A DNA stretch of 64,000 bases, from assembly GCA_965223325.1 (NCBI GenBank), contig CBDCWI010000001.1, forward strand, positions 384,001 to 448,000, read 5' to 3'. This document shows, one piece after another, positions 1 to 10,095 of this stretch. The notes under the pieces were generated by a model. That model was not told where the DNA came from. It did not search any database and worked only from the letters and a program-made list of their open reading frames with translations. Numbering within the stretch: the stretch's first letter is position 1; each line of letters opens with the position of its first letter. A program made the position numbers and the translations under genes. The stretch comes from Candidatus Multivoradales bacterium (GTDB taxonomy: Bacteria > Acidobacteriota > Thermoanaerobaculia > Multivoradales > Multivoraceae).

Positions 1-1
1 T

Positions 2-667
2 CCGGTTCCCGACGGTGAGATCGCCGACTTTGCGGTCGTCGTCGCCAAGGAGGGCGGCAGCACTTCGCTGGCGATCGTCGACCTCACCGGCGGAGGGGTA
101 ACCAGCGAGCGCGTCGAGACCATCGACCCGACGCGCAAGCATGCCGCGCTCACTTTCGACGGCGCAAGCGCCGAGAGGCTCGGCGAGAAGGGCAACGGTT
201 GGCTCACCAAAGACGAGGTCTTCGACAGGGCAGCCGTCCTGCTTGCCATGGAGCAGCTCGGAGGGGCCGATCGTTGCCTCGAGATGGCGGTCGACTACGC
301 CAAGGGCCGCTTCGCCTTCGGTCGACCGATTGGTTCCTTTCAGGCGATCAAACACAAGCTCGCCGACATGTACATCAAGAACGAGCTCGCGCGCGCCAAC
401 TGTTACTACGGCGCCTGGGCTCTGTCGACCGACGCCGCCGAGCTCGCCACCGCGGCCGCCGCCGGGCGCGTCGCCGCCATCGACGCCTACTTCTACGCCA
501 CCAAGGAGAACATCCAGACTCACGGCGGCATTGGCTTCACCTGGGAGTCGGACTGCCACCTGTTCTACCGCCGCGCCAAGCTGCTGTCGCTCACCATCGG
601 GAGCGCCCGAGTGTGGAAGGACCGGCTCGTCGGCGCCCTCGAAGCAGAGAGCGAGAGCGCCGCGTAA
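2..667 (+). CDS. Acyl-CoA dehydrogenase, 5'-truncated (partner subunit of a tandem ACAD pair)
   Basis: Frame is open from base 2. The C-terminus has ACAD motifs YAKGRFAFGRPIGSFQAIKHKLADM and IQTHGGIGFTWE. Its TAA overlaps the next ATG (TAATG). Confidence 0.9.
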   Translation, partial: PVPDGEIADFAVVVAKEGGSTSLAIVDLTGGGVTSERVETIDPTRKHAALTFDGASAERLGEKGNGWLTKDEVFDRAAVLLAMEQLGGADRCLEMAVDYAKGRFAFGRPIGSFQAIKHKLADMYIKNELARANCYYGAWALSTDAAELATAAAAGRVAAIDAYFYATKENIQTHGGIGFTWESDCHLFYRRAKLLSLTIGSARVWKDRLVGALEAESESAA

Positions 668-1893
668 TGGACTTCAACGACACCCCCGAACAGGCCGAGT
701 TTCGCGCCGAGGCGCGAAGCTGGCTCGAACAGAACGCCGAGCGCAAGACCCCCAACACCCGCGCCCTCAACCGTCGTTTGACCTCGGAGCGCGGCCTCGA
801 GATCGCCAAAGAGTGGCAGGCCAAAAAGGCCGACGCCGGCTATGCCTCGATGCACTTCCCAGAGGAGTACGGTGGCCAGGGGTCGATCCTCAAGGCGGTC
901 ATCTTCGACGAAGAAGAAGGCGACTTCAACGTACCGTCGGGTTTTTTCTCGATCGGGCTCGGCATGTGCGCGCCAGTGATGATGACCTACGCCACCGAAG
1001 AGCAGAAGAAGCGTCATGTGCCGCCGATGGTGCGCGGCGACGAAGTCTGGTGCCAGCTGTTCTCCGAACCGGGCGCCGGCTCAGACCTCGCCGGCCTGCG
1101 CATGCGCGCAGAGCGCGATGGTGACGAATGGGTCATCAACGGCCAGAAGGTTTGGACCTCGGGCGCCCACTACTCCGACTACGGCATTCTGGTCACCCGC
1201 CACGACGCAGACCTCGCCAAGCACAAGGGCCTGACCTTCTTCTTCCTCGACATGAAGTCGCCGGGCGTCGAGATCCGGCCGATCAAGCAGATCTCGGGCG
1301 CCTCGGACTTCAACGAGGTCTACTTCACGAACGTGCGGATTCCAGACTCGCAGCGTCTCGGCGAAGTCGGCGAAGGCTGGCAGGTTTCGATCACCACGCT
1401 GATGAACGAACGCCTGGCGGTCGGCGGCGCACCACCACCCGACGCCGATCACCTCCTGCGTCTGGCGCGCGAGGTCGAGCTCGAAACCGGTCCGGCGATC
1501 GCCGACCCGGCCGTACGAGAGCGCATCGCCGAGTGGTACGTCGAACAGGAAGGTCTGCGGCTGGTCAGGGCCCGCACCCGCACAGCCCTCTCGAAAGGAC
1601 AGGCACCAGGCCCCGAAGCCTCGATCGGCAAGGTGGTCTCAGCCAACAAGCTGCAGAACGTCGCCTCGTTCGGCCAGGACCTGCTCGACGCCGGCGGCAT
1701 CTTGAGCGAAGCCGACCAGACGCTCGCCGACGGCATCTTCCAGAGCGGTTTCCTCTACGCGCCTGGCCTGCGAATCGCAGGCGGCACCGACGAGATCCTA
1801 CGTAACGTGATCGCGGAGCGAGTGCTCCAGCTGCCTGGCGACATTCGCGTGGACCGCGACGTTGCCTTCCGGGACATTCCCTCCGGCAGTTGA
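667..1893 (+). CDS. Acyl-CoA dehydrogenase
   Basis: Start [15 protein letters not shown] is coupled to the upstream stop. Motifs [40 protein letters not shown]. Confidence 0.93.
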   Translation: MDFNDTPEQAEFRAEARSWLEQNAERKTPNTRALNRRLTSERGLEIAKEWQAKKADAGYASMHFPEEYGGQGSILKAVIFDEEEGDFNVPSGFFSIGLGMCAPVMMTYATEEQKKRHVPPMVRGDEVWCQLFSEPGAGSDLAGLRMRAERDGDEWVINGQKVWTSGAHYSDYGILVTRHDADLAKHKGLTFFFLDMKSPGVEIRPIKQISGASDFNEVYFTNVRIPDSQRLGEVGEGWQVSITTLMNERLAVGGAPPPDADHLLRLAREVELETGPAIADPAVRERIAEWYVEQEGLRLVRARTRTALSKGQAPGPEASIGKVVSANKLQNVASFGQDLLDAGGILSEADQTLADGIFQSGFLYAPGLRIAGGTDEILRNVIAERVLQLPGDIRVDRDVAFRDIPSGS

Positions 1894-1957
1894 CCAGCCT
1901 TGGGCCGGCCGACTTCCCCACCGCCCACCATGTACTTCCAGTGAACGGAGACCAGAG

Positions 1958-3166
1958 ATGAACGAGTGCTACATCTACGACGCAGTGCGTACCCCCCGTG
2001 GGCGCGGCAAGAAGGAAGGCGCCCTTCACGAGGTGACGGCGCTGCAACTCGGCACCCACGTCCTCGAACAGATTCGCGACCGCAATGAGCTCGACACCGC
2101 CAAGGTCGACGACGTGGTGTTCGGCTGCGTCAGCCCAGTCGGCGAGCAGGGCTCGGACATCGCCCGCATGTCGGTCCTCAACGCCGGCTACGAGCAGCGC
2201 GTGCCGGGGGTTCAGGTCAACCGCTTCTGCGCTTCCGGCCTCGAGGCGACCAACATGGCAGCCGCCGAAGTCTTCGCCGGTGCTGCCGACATGACGATCG
2301 GCGGCGGCGTTGAGTCGATGAGCCGCGTACCGATGGGCTCAGACGGCGGGCCAATGGCGACCGACCCACAGTTTGCGATGGATCAGTATTTCGTTCCGCA
2401 GGGCATAAGCGCCGATCTCATCGCCACGCTCTATGACATCTCGCGCACCGACGTCGACGCCTACGCGGTCGCCAGCCAGGAGCGTGCCGCAGAGGCCTGG
2501 GAGAACGGGCGCTTCGACGGCTCGATCGTTCCGGTCACCGACGAGAACGGGGTGGTGATCCTCGATCGCGACGAGCACATGCGACCTGGCACGACCCTCG
2601 AGTCGCTCGCCCAACTGCGGCCGTCGTTTGCCGATATGGGAAAGCAGTACGGCTTTGACGCTGTGGCCATTCAACGCTACCCCGAGGTCGAAGAGATCGA
2701 ACACGTCCATCACGCCGGCAACAGCTCCGGCATCGTCGACGGGGCCGCCGCCATTCTGCTCGGCACGCGCGAGGCCGGCAAAGTGATGGGTCTCGAGCCG
2801 CGCGCTAGAGTGCGCGCCTACGCCTCAGTCGGCACCGAGCCCTGCATCATGCTCACCGGCCCGGGTGAAGTGACCCGCAAGGTGCTCGAGCGCTCGGGCA
2901 TGGACAAGAGCGACATCGACCTCTGGGAGCTCAACGAGGCGTTTGCCTCGGTGGTTCTGCGCTACATGCAGGAGCTCGACATCGACCACGACTTGATCAA
3001 CGTCAACGGTGGCTCGATCGCGATGGGACACCCGCTGGGCGCGACCGGCGCCATGATCCTCGGCACGCTGCTCGACGAGCTCGAGCGGCGCGACCTCACG
3101 ACCGGTCTGGCGACCCTTTGTGTCGGGGCCGGCATGGGTACCGCGACCATCATCGAGCGCGTCTGA
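1958..3166 (+). CDS. fadA: Acetyl-CoA C-acyltransferase (thiolase)
   Basis: Motifs [15 protein letters not shown] (catalytic Cys), [25 protein letters not shown] precedes the ATG. Confidence 0.95.
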   Translation: MNECYIYDAVRTPRGRGKKEGALHEVTALQLGTHVLEQIRDRNELDTAKVDDVVFGCVSPVGEQGSDIARMSVLNAGYEQRVPGVQVNRFCASGLEATNMAAAEVFAGAADMTIGGGVESMSRVPMGSDGGPMATDPQFAMDQYFVPQGISADLIATLYDISRTDVDAYAVASQERAAEAWENGRFDGSIVPVTDENGVVILDRDEHMRPGTTLESLAQLRPSFADMGKQYGFDAVAIQRYPEVEEIEHVHHAGNSSGIVDGAAAILLGTREAGKVMGLEPRARVRAYASVGTEPCIMLTGPGEVTRKVLERSGMDKSDIDLWELNEAFASVVLRYMQELDIDHDLINVNGGSIAMGHPLGATGAMILGTLLDELERRDLTTGLATLCVGAGMGTATIIERV

Positions 3167-3251
3167 GCACCTGGAGCTCCTTCTGACGGCGCACCAGCTC
3201 GTACAGAGCCAAGCCCCTCATCTCATCAGTTCAAAGAACCGGAAGTTCGTC

Positions 3252-5444
3252 ATGGAAAACCTGAAATACGAAATCGAAGATGGTCTCGCGATCATCACCT
3301 GGGACATGCCCGGCCGACCGGTCAACGTGCTCTCGGAGGACACGATGCGCGAGTTCGGCGAGTGCATCGAGCGCGCCGCCAGCGACGACGACATCAAAGG
3401 CATCGTGGTCACCAGCGCCAAACCCGGCATGTTCGTCGCCGGCGCCGACCTCTCGATGCTCGCCGGTGCGAGCTCGAGCGATAGCGGCGAGCGCTCCCGC
3501 GAGGAAACGGCGCGGCTCCTGTTCGAGGGCAATCTCGCTCTCAACCAGATGCTCCGGCGGCTCGAAACCTGCGGCAAGCCGGTGGCTGCGGCACTCAACG
3601 GCACGGCTTTAGGCGGCGGCTACGAGATCGCACTCGCCAGCCACTACCGGGTAGTCGCCGATCATCCCAAGATCCAGATCGGCCTGCCGGAATGCAAGGT
3701 CGGCGTCATGCCGGGTGGCGGCGGTACCCAGCGTCTACCGCGCTTGATCGGTGCGATGGCCGCGCTGCCGCTCATTCTGCAGGGCAAGACCCTCGCCCCA
3801 CGCGCCGCCCAATCGATGGGGCTGGTACACAAAGTCGTGCCGGCCGAAGAGGTCCTCGCCGAGGCCAAACGATGGTTGCGCGAAGAACCCAAAGCGGTCC
3901 AACCCTGGGACGAGCGCGGCTACAAGATTCCTGGCGGAGGTCCATACAGCAAGTCGGGCACCCCAGTGTTCATGGGTGGTGCGGCCATGCTGCGCAACCA
4001 GAGCTTCGGCAACTACCCGGCGCAGGAACACGCCATGCAGTCGGTCTACGAGGGGCTCATGGTGCCCATCGATGCCGGCCTGCGCATCGAGTCCCGCCAC
4101 TTCACGGCGCTTTTGCTCGACCCTGCATCACGCAACATGATTCGCAGCCTGTTCCTTTCCAAGCAGGCTCTCGACAAAGGCGCCCGCAGGCCGCGCGATA
4201 TCGAGCACAGCAAGGTCACCAAGCTGGGCATACTCGGCGCCGGCATGATGGGAGCAGGCGTCGCCTTTGTCTCCGCGCGCGCCGGCATGGAGGTCGTGCT
4301 ACTCGACGTCTCGGAGGAGAACGCCGAGCGCGGCAAGAAGTACTCGGCCGATCTGATGGACAAACGCATCAACCGCGGCCGCTCGACCACCGAAGAGAAG
4401 ATCGCGCTCCTCGAACGCATCAAGCCAACGACTTCTTACGATGACCTCGCCGGTTGCGAGCTGATCATCGAAGCGGTGTTCGAGGATCGAGACATCAAGA
4501 AGAAGGTCACCGAGCAGACCGAGGCCGTCGTAAGCGCTGAGGCGATCTTCGGCTCCAACACCTCGACGCTACCGATCACCGGACTCGCCAAGGCTTCGAA
4601 GCGCCCCGAGAGTTTCATCGGCATTCACTTCTTCTCGCCAGTCGAGAAGATGATGCTGGTCGAGATCATCATGGGGAAGGAAACCTCCGACCGCGCACTC
4701 GCTGTCGCCATGGACTACGTCGCTCAAATCAAAAAGACCCCGATTGTCGTCAACGACAGCCGCGGGTTCTACACCAGCCGTTGTTTCGGTACCTACGTGC
4801 GCGAGGGCATTGCGATGCTGGCCGAAGGGGTCAAGCCTGCCCTGATCGAGAACGCCGGGCGCGCCACCGGCATGCCGGTCGCCCCTCTGGCGATGAACGA
4901 CGAGGTGTCACTCGAGTTGGCGTATCACGTTCAGCAGCAGACCAAGAAGGACCTCGGCGATGCCTATCCCGAGTCTCCCGGCGACGCCATCATCGAGAAG
5001 ATGGTCCAGGACCTCGACCGCAAGGGCCGCAAGAACGGCCGCGGCTTCTATGACTATGAAGACGGCGGCAAGCGTCTGTGGCCAGGTCTCTCCGATCTTG
5101 TTGCAGTGGCGGCAGAACAACCCGACCCCGAAGTGCTGAAGCGCCGCTTCCTGCACATTCAGGCCCTCGAGACCGCACGCTGCTTCGAAGAGAACGTGGT
5201 CACCGACGTCCGCGATGCCGACGTCGGCGCGATCTTCGGCTGGGGCTTCGCACCCTGGAGCGGTGGCCCGCTGTCCTACATCGACACCATAGGCACCGCA
5301 CGCTTCGTCGAGGAGTGCCGGGAGCTCGAAGAGGCCTTTGGGCCACGCTTCGCTCCCAACGATCTGCTCCTCGAGATGGCAAAGAACAATCAGACGTTCT
5401 ACGGGCGCTTCGCTCCGGAGGAACGGCGGCCTTCCGCCGCCTGA
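3252..5444 (+). CDS. fadB: Multifunctional enoyl-CoA hydratase / 3-hydroxyacyl-CoA dehydrogenase
   Basis: N-terminal crotonase (FVAGADL, ALGGGYE, PGGGGTQRL). HAD domain with GAGMMG, EAVFED, SNTSTL, HFFSPV. Confidence 0.95.
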   Translation: MENLKYEIEDGLAIITWDMPGRPVNVLSEDTMREFGECIERAASDDDIKGIVVTSAKPGMFVAGADLSMLAGASSSDSGERSREETARLLFEGNLALNQMLRRLETCGKPVAAALNGTALGGGYEIALASHYRVVADHPKIQIGLPECKVGVMPGGGGTQRLPRLIGAMAALPLILQGKTLAPRAAQSMGLVHKVVPAEEVLAEAKRWLREEPKAVQPWDERGYKIPGGGPYSKSGTPVFMGGAAMLRNQSFGNYPAQEHAMQSVYEGLMVPIDAGLRIESRHFTALLLDPASRNMIRSLFLSKQALDKGARRPRDIEHSKVTKLGILGAGMMGAGVAFVSARAGMEVVLLDVSEENAERGKKYSADLMDKRINRGRSTTEEKIALLERIKPTTSYDDLAGCELIIEAVFEDRDIKKKVTEQTEAVVSAEAIFGSNTSTLPITGLAKASKRPESFIGIHFFSPVEKMMLVEIIMGKETSDRALAVAMDYVAQIKKTPIVVNDSRGFYTSRCFGTYVREGIAMLAEGVKPALIENAGRATGMPVAPLAMNDEVSLELAYHVQQQTKKDLGDAYPESPGDAIIEKMVQDLDRKGRKNGRGFYDYEDGGKRLWPGLSDLVAVAAEQPDPEVLKRRFLHIQALETARCFEENVVTDVRDADVGAIFGWGFAPWSGGPLSYIDTIGTARFVEECRELEEAFGPRFAPNDLLLEMAKNNQTFYGRFAPEERRPSAA

Positions 5445-5620
5445 TCAACGGGTGTTCACGAGGGACCGGTGGCCGCCGTCAATCCCATTGTTTACCTCGG
5501 ATACCTCTCGCTATTCGACGGGATAACCCTTTCGGAGGTCTAGAATTGCGCGATCGCGCCCCTACGATCGTCTCAACCCTGGTCGCTCCGTAGGATCTCT
5601 CAGCCCTGAGGAACACTCCG

Positions 5621-6967
5621 ATGAAGCTCTCGCACCTGCCGTTCAATCCGTTCACGACCTTTTCCGCGCTCGCCACCGCCTTGTTGCTGGCGGTCGCATC
5701 GCCGGGTGTGGCAACCAACAACGACGAAGATCTCGCCGGCGAGGGTGGCCACACACCCACCGCGGGAGTGCAGATCATCGTCGACGCTTCGCGAACCATG
5801 GCGGGTTCACTCGCCGACGGAACAGAGCGTATGGACGCCGTGCGTCAGGCCACGGGTGCCTGGCTCGACCACCTCAAGAGCAGCGACGAGACCGTCGAAG
5901 TCTCCCTGCGCGCCTTCGGAAACGGTTCGCGACGTCGCATTCAGGACTGTGAGGACACTGAGCTGCTCGCCAAACCGACCCTCGCAACGGAGGTCGGCAA
6001 GGACTGGACCGGCGCGCTTCTCGGTCTGCCGCCGACCGGTTTCAGCCCGATTTCACGCGCTCTCGAGATCGGAACGCGCGATCTGGCGCGTCGCACAACC
6101 GAGGAGCGTGCAATCGTTCTGATTGCCGATGGTCGCGACAGCTGCGGCGTGGATCCATGCCACACCGCCCGTATCCTGCGGGCTTCGCACCCCACCCTGC
6201 GTATCCACACCATCGCGCTCGACCCCGATGCTGCGACCGGCGCACAGCTCGCCTGCATCGCTGACGTGACGGGTGGCATCCACCTGCATGCCGACTCGGT
6301 CGAGGCAGTCACCGCGGCGCTCACCCAGACCGCCAACGCGGAACCCAACCCCCCGGTCGCGTTTACCGGTGGCAGCGGTGTTCTCACCCTGGATCGGGCC
6401 ACGATCCCGGGCCACGAAGTTCGCGACACGCGCACCGGCACCATCATCGGTTCGCTGAGTTCCGGACGACGCAGCAAGAACCTGCCTGCCGGGGTCTACA
6501 ACATTGCCATGGGCCCACTGTGGTGGCAGAGCGTTCGCATCGCGCCCGGTCAGCAGACGATTCTGCGCCCGGGAATCCTCTCGGTGCGCGGTGCCTCGGT
6601 CCGCGGGCATCGCGTGCGTGACTCCGAAACCGGCGTGCTCGCTGGCGGCGTAAGCACCATCAAGAGTTCGATCCCGCTCATTCCCGGGACCTACGACATC
6701 ACCTTCGGCCAGGCGCTGTGGCGTGGCGTGCGTGTTGAAGCAGGACATGAGACCGTCCTGCGTCCACCACGCCTCGAGTACCGCGGCGTACCGGCGCGTG
6801 GCGTCCAGGTACGTGATGCCGCCGGTCGTGAGGTCGGCACACTCACGCCTGGCTACTGGCGGCTAGCGGTCCCACCGGGGTCCTACGTCGTGGACCTGGC
6901 GGGCGGCCCAGCGACCTTTGACCTCGAACGCGGCCAGGTGATCGACCTGGGCCAGCACGACCGCTAG
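5621..6967 (+). CDS. Secreted VWA-domain protein with three C-terminal beta-rich repeats
   Basis: Signal-like N-terminus. VDASRTM MIDAS variant and LIADGRDSCGVDPC. Repeated GHxVRD..TG / L.PG.Y.I..G...W units. Confidence 0.8.
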   Translation: MKLSHLPFNPFTTFSALATALLLAVASPGVATNNDEDLAGEGGHTPTAGVQIIVDASRTMAGSLADGTERMDAVRQATGAWLDHLKSSDETVEVSLRAFGNGSRRRIQDCEDTELLAKPTLATEVGKDWTGALLGLPPTGFSPISRALEIGTRDLARRTTEERAIVLIADGRDSCGVDPCHTARILRASHPTLRIHTIALDPDAATGAQLACIADVTGGIHLHADSVEAVTAALTQTANAEPNPPVAFTGGSGVLTLDRATIPGHEVRDTRTGTIIGSLSSGRRSKNLPAGVYNIAMGPLWWQSVRIAPGQQTILRPGILSVRGASVRGHRVRDSETGVLAGGVSTIKSSIPLIPGTYDITFGQALWRGVRVEAGHETVLRPPRLEYRGVPARGVQVRDAAGREVGTLTPGYWRLAVPPGSYVVDLAGGPATFDLERGQVIDLGQHDR

Positions 6968-7246
6968 GCCCCCTTTCACACCAGTCACTCAACCGTCGAG
7001 TAACACGCTGGCGCGCAACGCGTAGAAGGGCGTATGCATGGTTCTTCCAAAGGCGCCTCGCCGCAGCGTGGGCCGCGTCGTTTCGCAACCACCCGCTGGA
7101 GCTATCGGCTCGATGATTCCCACGAGCAAAGGTTTGCGGCCTCGAGGCATGCATGGTGGGTGAGGGCGAGGGATTCGACTAGCCCCGCCAAGACACTCTT
7201 CGATGGAATGAGCTAGCGTGGTCTCACAACCCCCGCGGGAGACGCC

Positions 7247-7717
7247 ATGACGGATGAAAACCGAACCGGAGAAGGCCAGACGCGAAGTGGCGGCTGCCTG
7301 TGCGGTCTTGTGCGCTTCGAAGTCGAGCCTCCGTTCTTACGCGCCAATCACTGCCACTGCAGCCGCTGCCGAAAACACTCAGGGGCCAGCGGCTGCGTGC
7401 AGGCACGGGTCGTGCGCGAAAGGTTCCGCCTACTCCGTGGCGACGAAGCGCTCCGCATCTACGGTCGCGGCGAAGGCGCGGTCAAAGTCTTCTGTCGCCA
7501 TTGCGGATCGAGTCTCTTCGGCGGGACCTGGCCAGACGGCCCACAAGTCTCGATTCGCCTCGGCGCCTTCGATGGCGACCCGGGCATCGCACCGCAGTTT
7601 CACACCTTCGTCGACTCGAAAGCACCCTGGGATCGCATCCACGACGACCTGCCACAGTACGCCGGCGCCTGGTCGAAAACCGCTGAACCTCTGTCGCCAG
7701 ACGAACACCGCCGATGA
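7247..7717 (+). CDS. GFA (glutathione-dependent formaldehyde-activating / CENP-V) family protein
   Basis: Zinc motifs GGCLCG, HCHCSRCRK, FCRHCGS and C-terminal SKAPW. Confidence 0.92.
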   Translation: MTDENRTGEGQTRSGGCLCGLVRFEVEPPFLRANHCHCSRCRKHSGASGCVQARVVRERFRLLRGDEALRIYGRGEGAVKVFCRHCGSSLFGGTWPDGPQVSIRLGAFDGDPGIAPQFHTFVDSKAPWDRIHDDLPQYAGAWSKTAEPLSPDEHRR

Positions 7718-8841
7718 GAGGTCTTCTGGCAACTCGGGACGCCCGGGCGCCAGTCGTTCTCCTTCTGCTTTCCGGCCTCCTGATCGCAGGCTGTCGCCAG
7801 CGAACCGAGAGCGACGAGAAGGCGACTGCCAATCAGGCGACGACTGCTTCTCATGCAGACCTGATCGAGGCGGGACACGCGGCGCTCGCGCAGCGCACTC
7901 GCGCTGCTCTGTTCGAAAGCCTCGAACTCTTCGACGCCGCCCTTCTTGCCTCTCCCGATGCGACGTCGGCCCTCGCCGGGCGCTCGATCGCTTCGTCCCT
8001 TCTGGCGCTCTACGACGCAGTCCCTCCACGACCGGCGCTCGAACGCGCTCTGGCCGACGCGGAGGCTGCCGTTCGCCTGGATCGAGGCGACGCGCTCGCC
8101 GAGGCCAGTCTCGGTCTAGCGCTCTACCTCGGGCCCCATCGGTACCCGGAGGCGCAGAGCGCTCTAGAGCGCGCCATCGAACTGAACCCGAACGATCCGA
8201 GTGCCTATCACTGGCTGGCGATGTTGCTGTCGGCGACCGGGCAGCACAGCGAAGCGATCCCCAACATTGTGAAGGCACGCGAACTCGCTCCGTCGTCGCT
8301 GCTCTACAACACCAAGGTCGCCACCCTGAAGGCGGCAGCCGGTGACCTCAAAGGAGCCGAAGAAGCCCTCGCCGCTTGCCAGGAGGCGCTCGGTGATAGT
8401 GCCCTCTGGCAGCGCGAGGCTGGTTGGCTGGCGGTGCGAAACGGCGACCTGGAGAGAGCTCGCAGACACTTCGAAGGGGCTCTCGAAACAGCCCCACACA
8501 ACGACGGCATCCGGGCGGCGGCGGCTTTCGCAGCAGCCAGGTCCGGCGACGTCGAAACGGCCCGAGCGGCGCTCGAGGTTCTTTTGGCACCGCTCGACGA
8601 CGACGCTTCAATGGTTCGCTCCAAGGTTCCCGAGGCCATCGTTCTCGCCGGGCTGGCAGATCGCGAGGGTGCTCTCCGAGCGCTTGACCAGGCGCTCGCC
8701 GTTGGGGATCCGGGGCTGATCTACATCGAGTCGCAACCCGCCTTCGAGTCCATCCGGGGCGAGCCAGACTTCCGTGAGATCGTGAGGAGCCTGGGACTTC
8801 CCGAAACACTTGAGCAAGACGGAGCGGCCAGGCGGGGCTGA
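7714..8841 (+). CDS. TPR-repeat lipoprotein
   Basis: Lipobox-like LIAGC and TPR signatures (ERAIELNPND, KARELAPSS). ATGA overlap with the GFA gene. Confidence 0.8.
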   Translation: MRGLLATRDARAPVVLLLLSGLLIAGCRQRTESDEKATANQATTASHADLIEAGHAALAQRTRAALFESLELFDAALLASPDATSALAGRSIASSLLALYDAVPPRPALERALADAEAAVRLDRGDALAEASLGLALYLGPHRYPEAQSALERAIELNPNDPSAYHWLAMLLSATGQHSEAIPNIVKARELAPSSLLYNTKVATLKAAAGDLKGAEEALAACQEALGDSALWQREAGWLAVRNGDLERARRHFEGALETAPHNDGIRAAAAFAAARSGDVETARAALEVLLAPLDDDASMVRSKVPEAIVLAGLADREGALRALDQALAVGDPGLIYIESQPAFESIRGEPDFREIVRSLGLPETLEQDGAARRG

Positions 8842-8862
8842 GCGACGAGGCAGCTACGGTGT

Positions 8863-9858
8863 TCAGGCGCTGACCGGGTTCGCGAACCCGAGACACCCGT
8901 TCTCCTCGATGTGCTCACCGGTGGCGAAGACGCGGAATTCGCCGTCTTCGTCGAGGGTGATCGCGCGCTGGCGATAGCAACGGGCGGTCGAGAAGTGGAC
9001 AACGAAGCTCTTGCGCGAGAGGGCCGCATTGCGCGGCGGCGATCCACCATGCAAGAGCGAGTGGTGCCACAAGAGAACCTCACCGCGTTTCGCCAGATAG
9101 GGAGTTGCCTCGAGCCCGGCAGCGGCACAGTGCTCGCGGTCCCAGGCCATTGCGGCCTCCGCCTCGTCTGCCCCCATGCGCAGGGGGTCGAACATGAACT
9201 GCCCCGGTGCGAACTCGTAGTACGGCAGACGGTGTGAACCCGGAACCACCATCAGGGGACCGCAGTCTGGATGAATGTCCTCGAGGGCGAACCAGGCGGC
9301 CAGGAGGTGACTGGCCGGTGCCGTCGGCACCACCACCGGATCGCGGTGCATTGCCTGCTGACTACCGTACTCGAAGAACAGTGACTGAATCGCCACAGCC
9401 GGCTCGCGGTAGATCTCTTCGATGACCCGAAACACTCGCCGGTCGAGGTAGAGCGCGCGCGCACAACGCCCCCTTCCGTGCAGGTCGTGAATGCGGTACT
9501 TCGGCCTGCGATCGCGTTCGGGATCGGCCGAAGTCATCCGCCGCGCTGGGCCGTCGAAGGCGTAGGCCAGATCGCGGGGCAGCGTCGCCCAGGCTTCGTC
9601 GGCCTCGGCGATCACCCCTTCGAACAGCGCTCGCTGCTCGGGCAGAGCAGGAAGCACCAGGTAGCCCTGCTCGACGAAGTGCGCCAGCGATTCGGCCAGC
9701 CAGGGCTCGAGGTCATCCTGAGCGCGGCGCGCGGCAATCAGGTCGAGAGCGTCCGGCCGATCGACCCACAGCTTGCTGTAGAGGAAGACGTCGCTTCCGC
9801 GGCGTTCGAGTTGCTGCGCCTGGGAGGGGCCTTCCCGGCTGGGGTCGGTGCTCATCAC
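8863..9858 (-). CDS. Phytanoyl-CoA dioxygenase (PhyH) family 2OG-Fe(II) oxygenase
   Basis: HxD motif (MHRD), W.ALED, GPL.VVPGSHR, distal His (LLHGG). Confidence 0.88.
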   Translation of the reverse strand: MMSTDPSREGPSQAQQLERRGSDVFLYSKLWVDRPDALDLIAARRAQDDLEPWLAESLAHFVEQGYLVLPALPEQRALFEGVIAEADEAWATLPRDLAYAFDGPARRMTSADPERDRRPKYRIHDLHGRGRCARALYLDRRVFRVIEEIYREPAVAIQSLFFEYGSQQAMHRDPVVVPTAPASHLLAAWFALEDIHPDCGPLMVVPGSHRLPYYEFAPGQFMFDPLRMGADEAEAAMAWDREHCAAAGLEATPYLAKRGEVLLWHHSLLHGGSPPRNAALSRKSFVVHFSTARCYRQRAITLDEDGEFRVFATGEHIEENGCLGFANPVSA

Positions 9859-10026
9859 CCCTTACTTCATCACGAGCGGGCCCACCGCACGAGGGTCGCA
9901 GCGCGCAGAATCAACGACATCGGCAGATCTCGGGGAAGTACATCTGCAGGACTGATCTGTCCTAGGAATGAACAGCAATGACTTGCGACGAACGAATCTG
10001 ACGGGATTCGGGCGCCTTCTAGCGTC

Positions 10027-10042
10027 TGGCACTGCTCTTGCG
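10027..10042 (+). promoter_or_regulatory. sigma54 (-24/-12) promoter
   Basis: TGGCAC-TGCTC-TTGC is an exact match to the TGGCAC-N5-TTGC consensus, about 55 bp upstream of the methyltransferase ATG. Confidence 0.75.
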
Positions 10043-10095
10043 AAGCATGCGCCCAGTAGAAAGACGTCCAATGTCTCTTTCCTCCTCTACCTATC

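Noticed and set aside
199-666. Arg-rich N-terminal extension of the second ACAD
   Set aside because: It overlaps the upstream ACAD in another frame. The true start is the coupled ATG at 667.
7154-7186. TGGTGGGTGAGGGCGAGGGATTCGACT resembling a reverse tRNA 3' end
   Set aside because: Spacing is wrong and no cloverleaf can be built.
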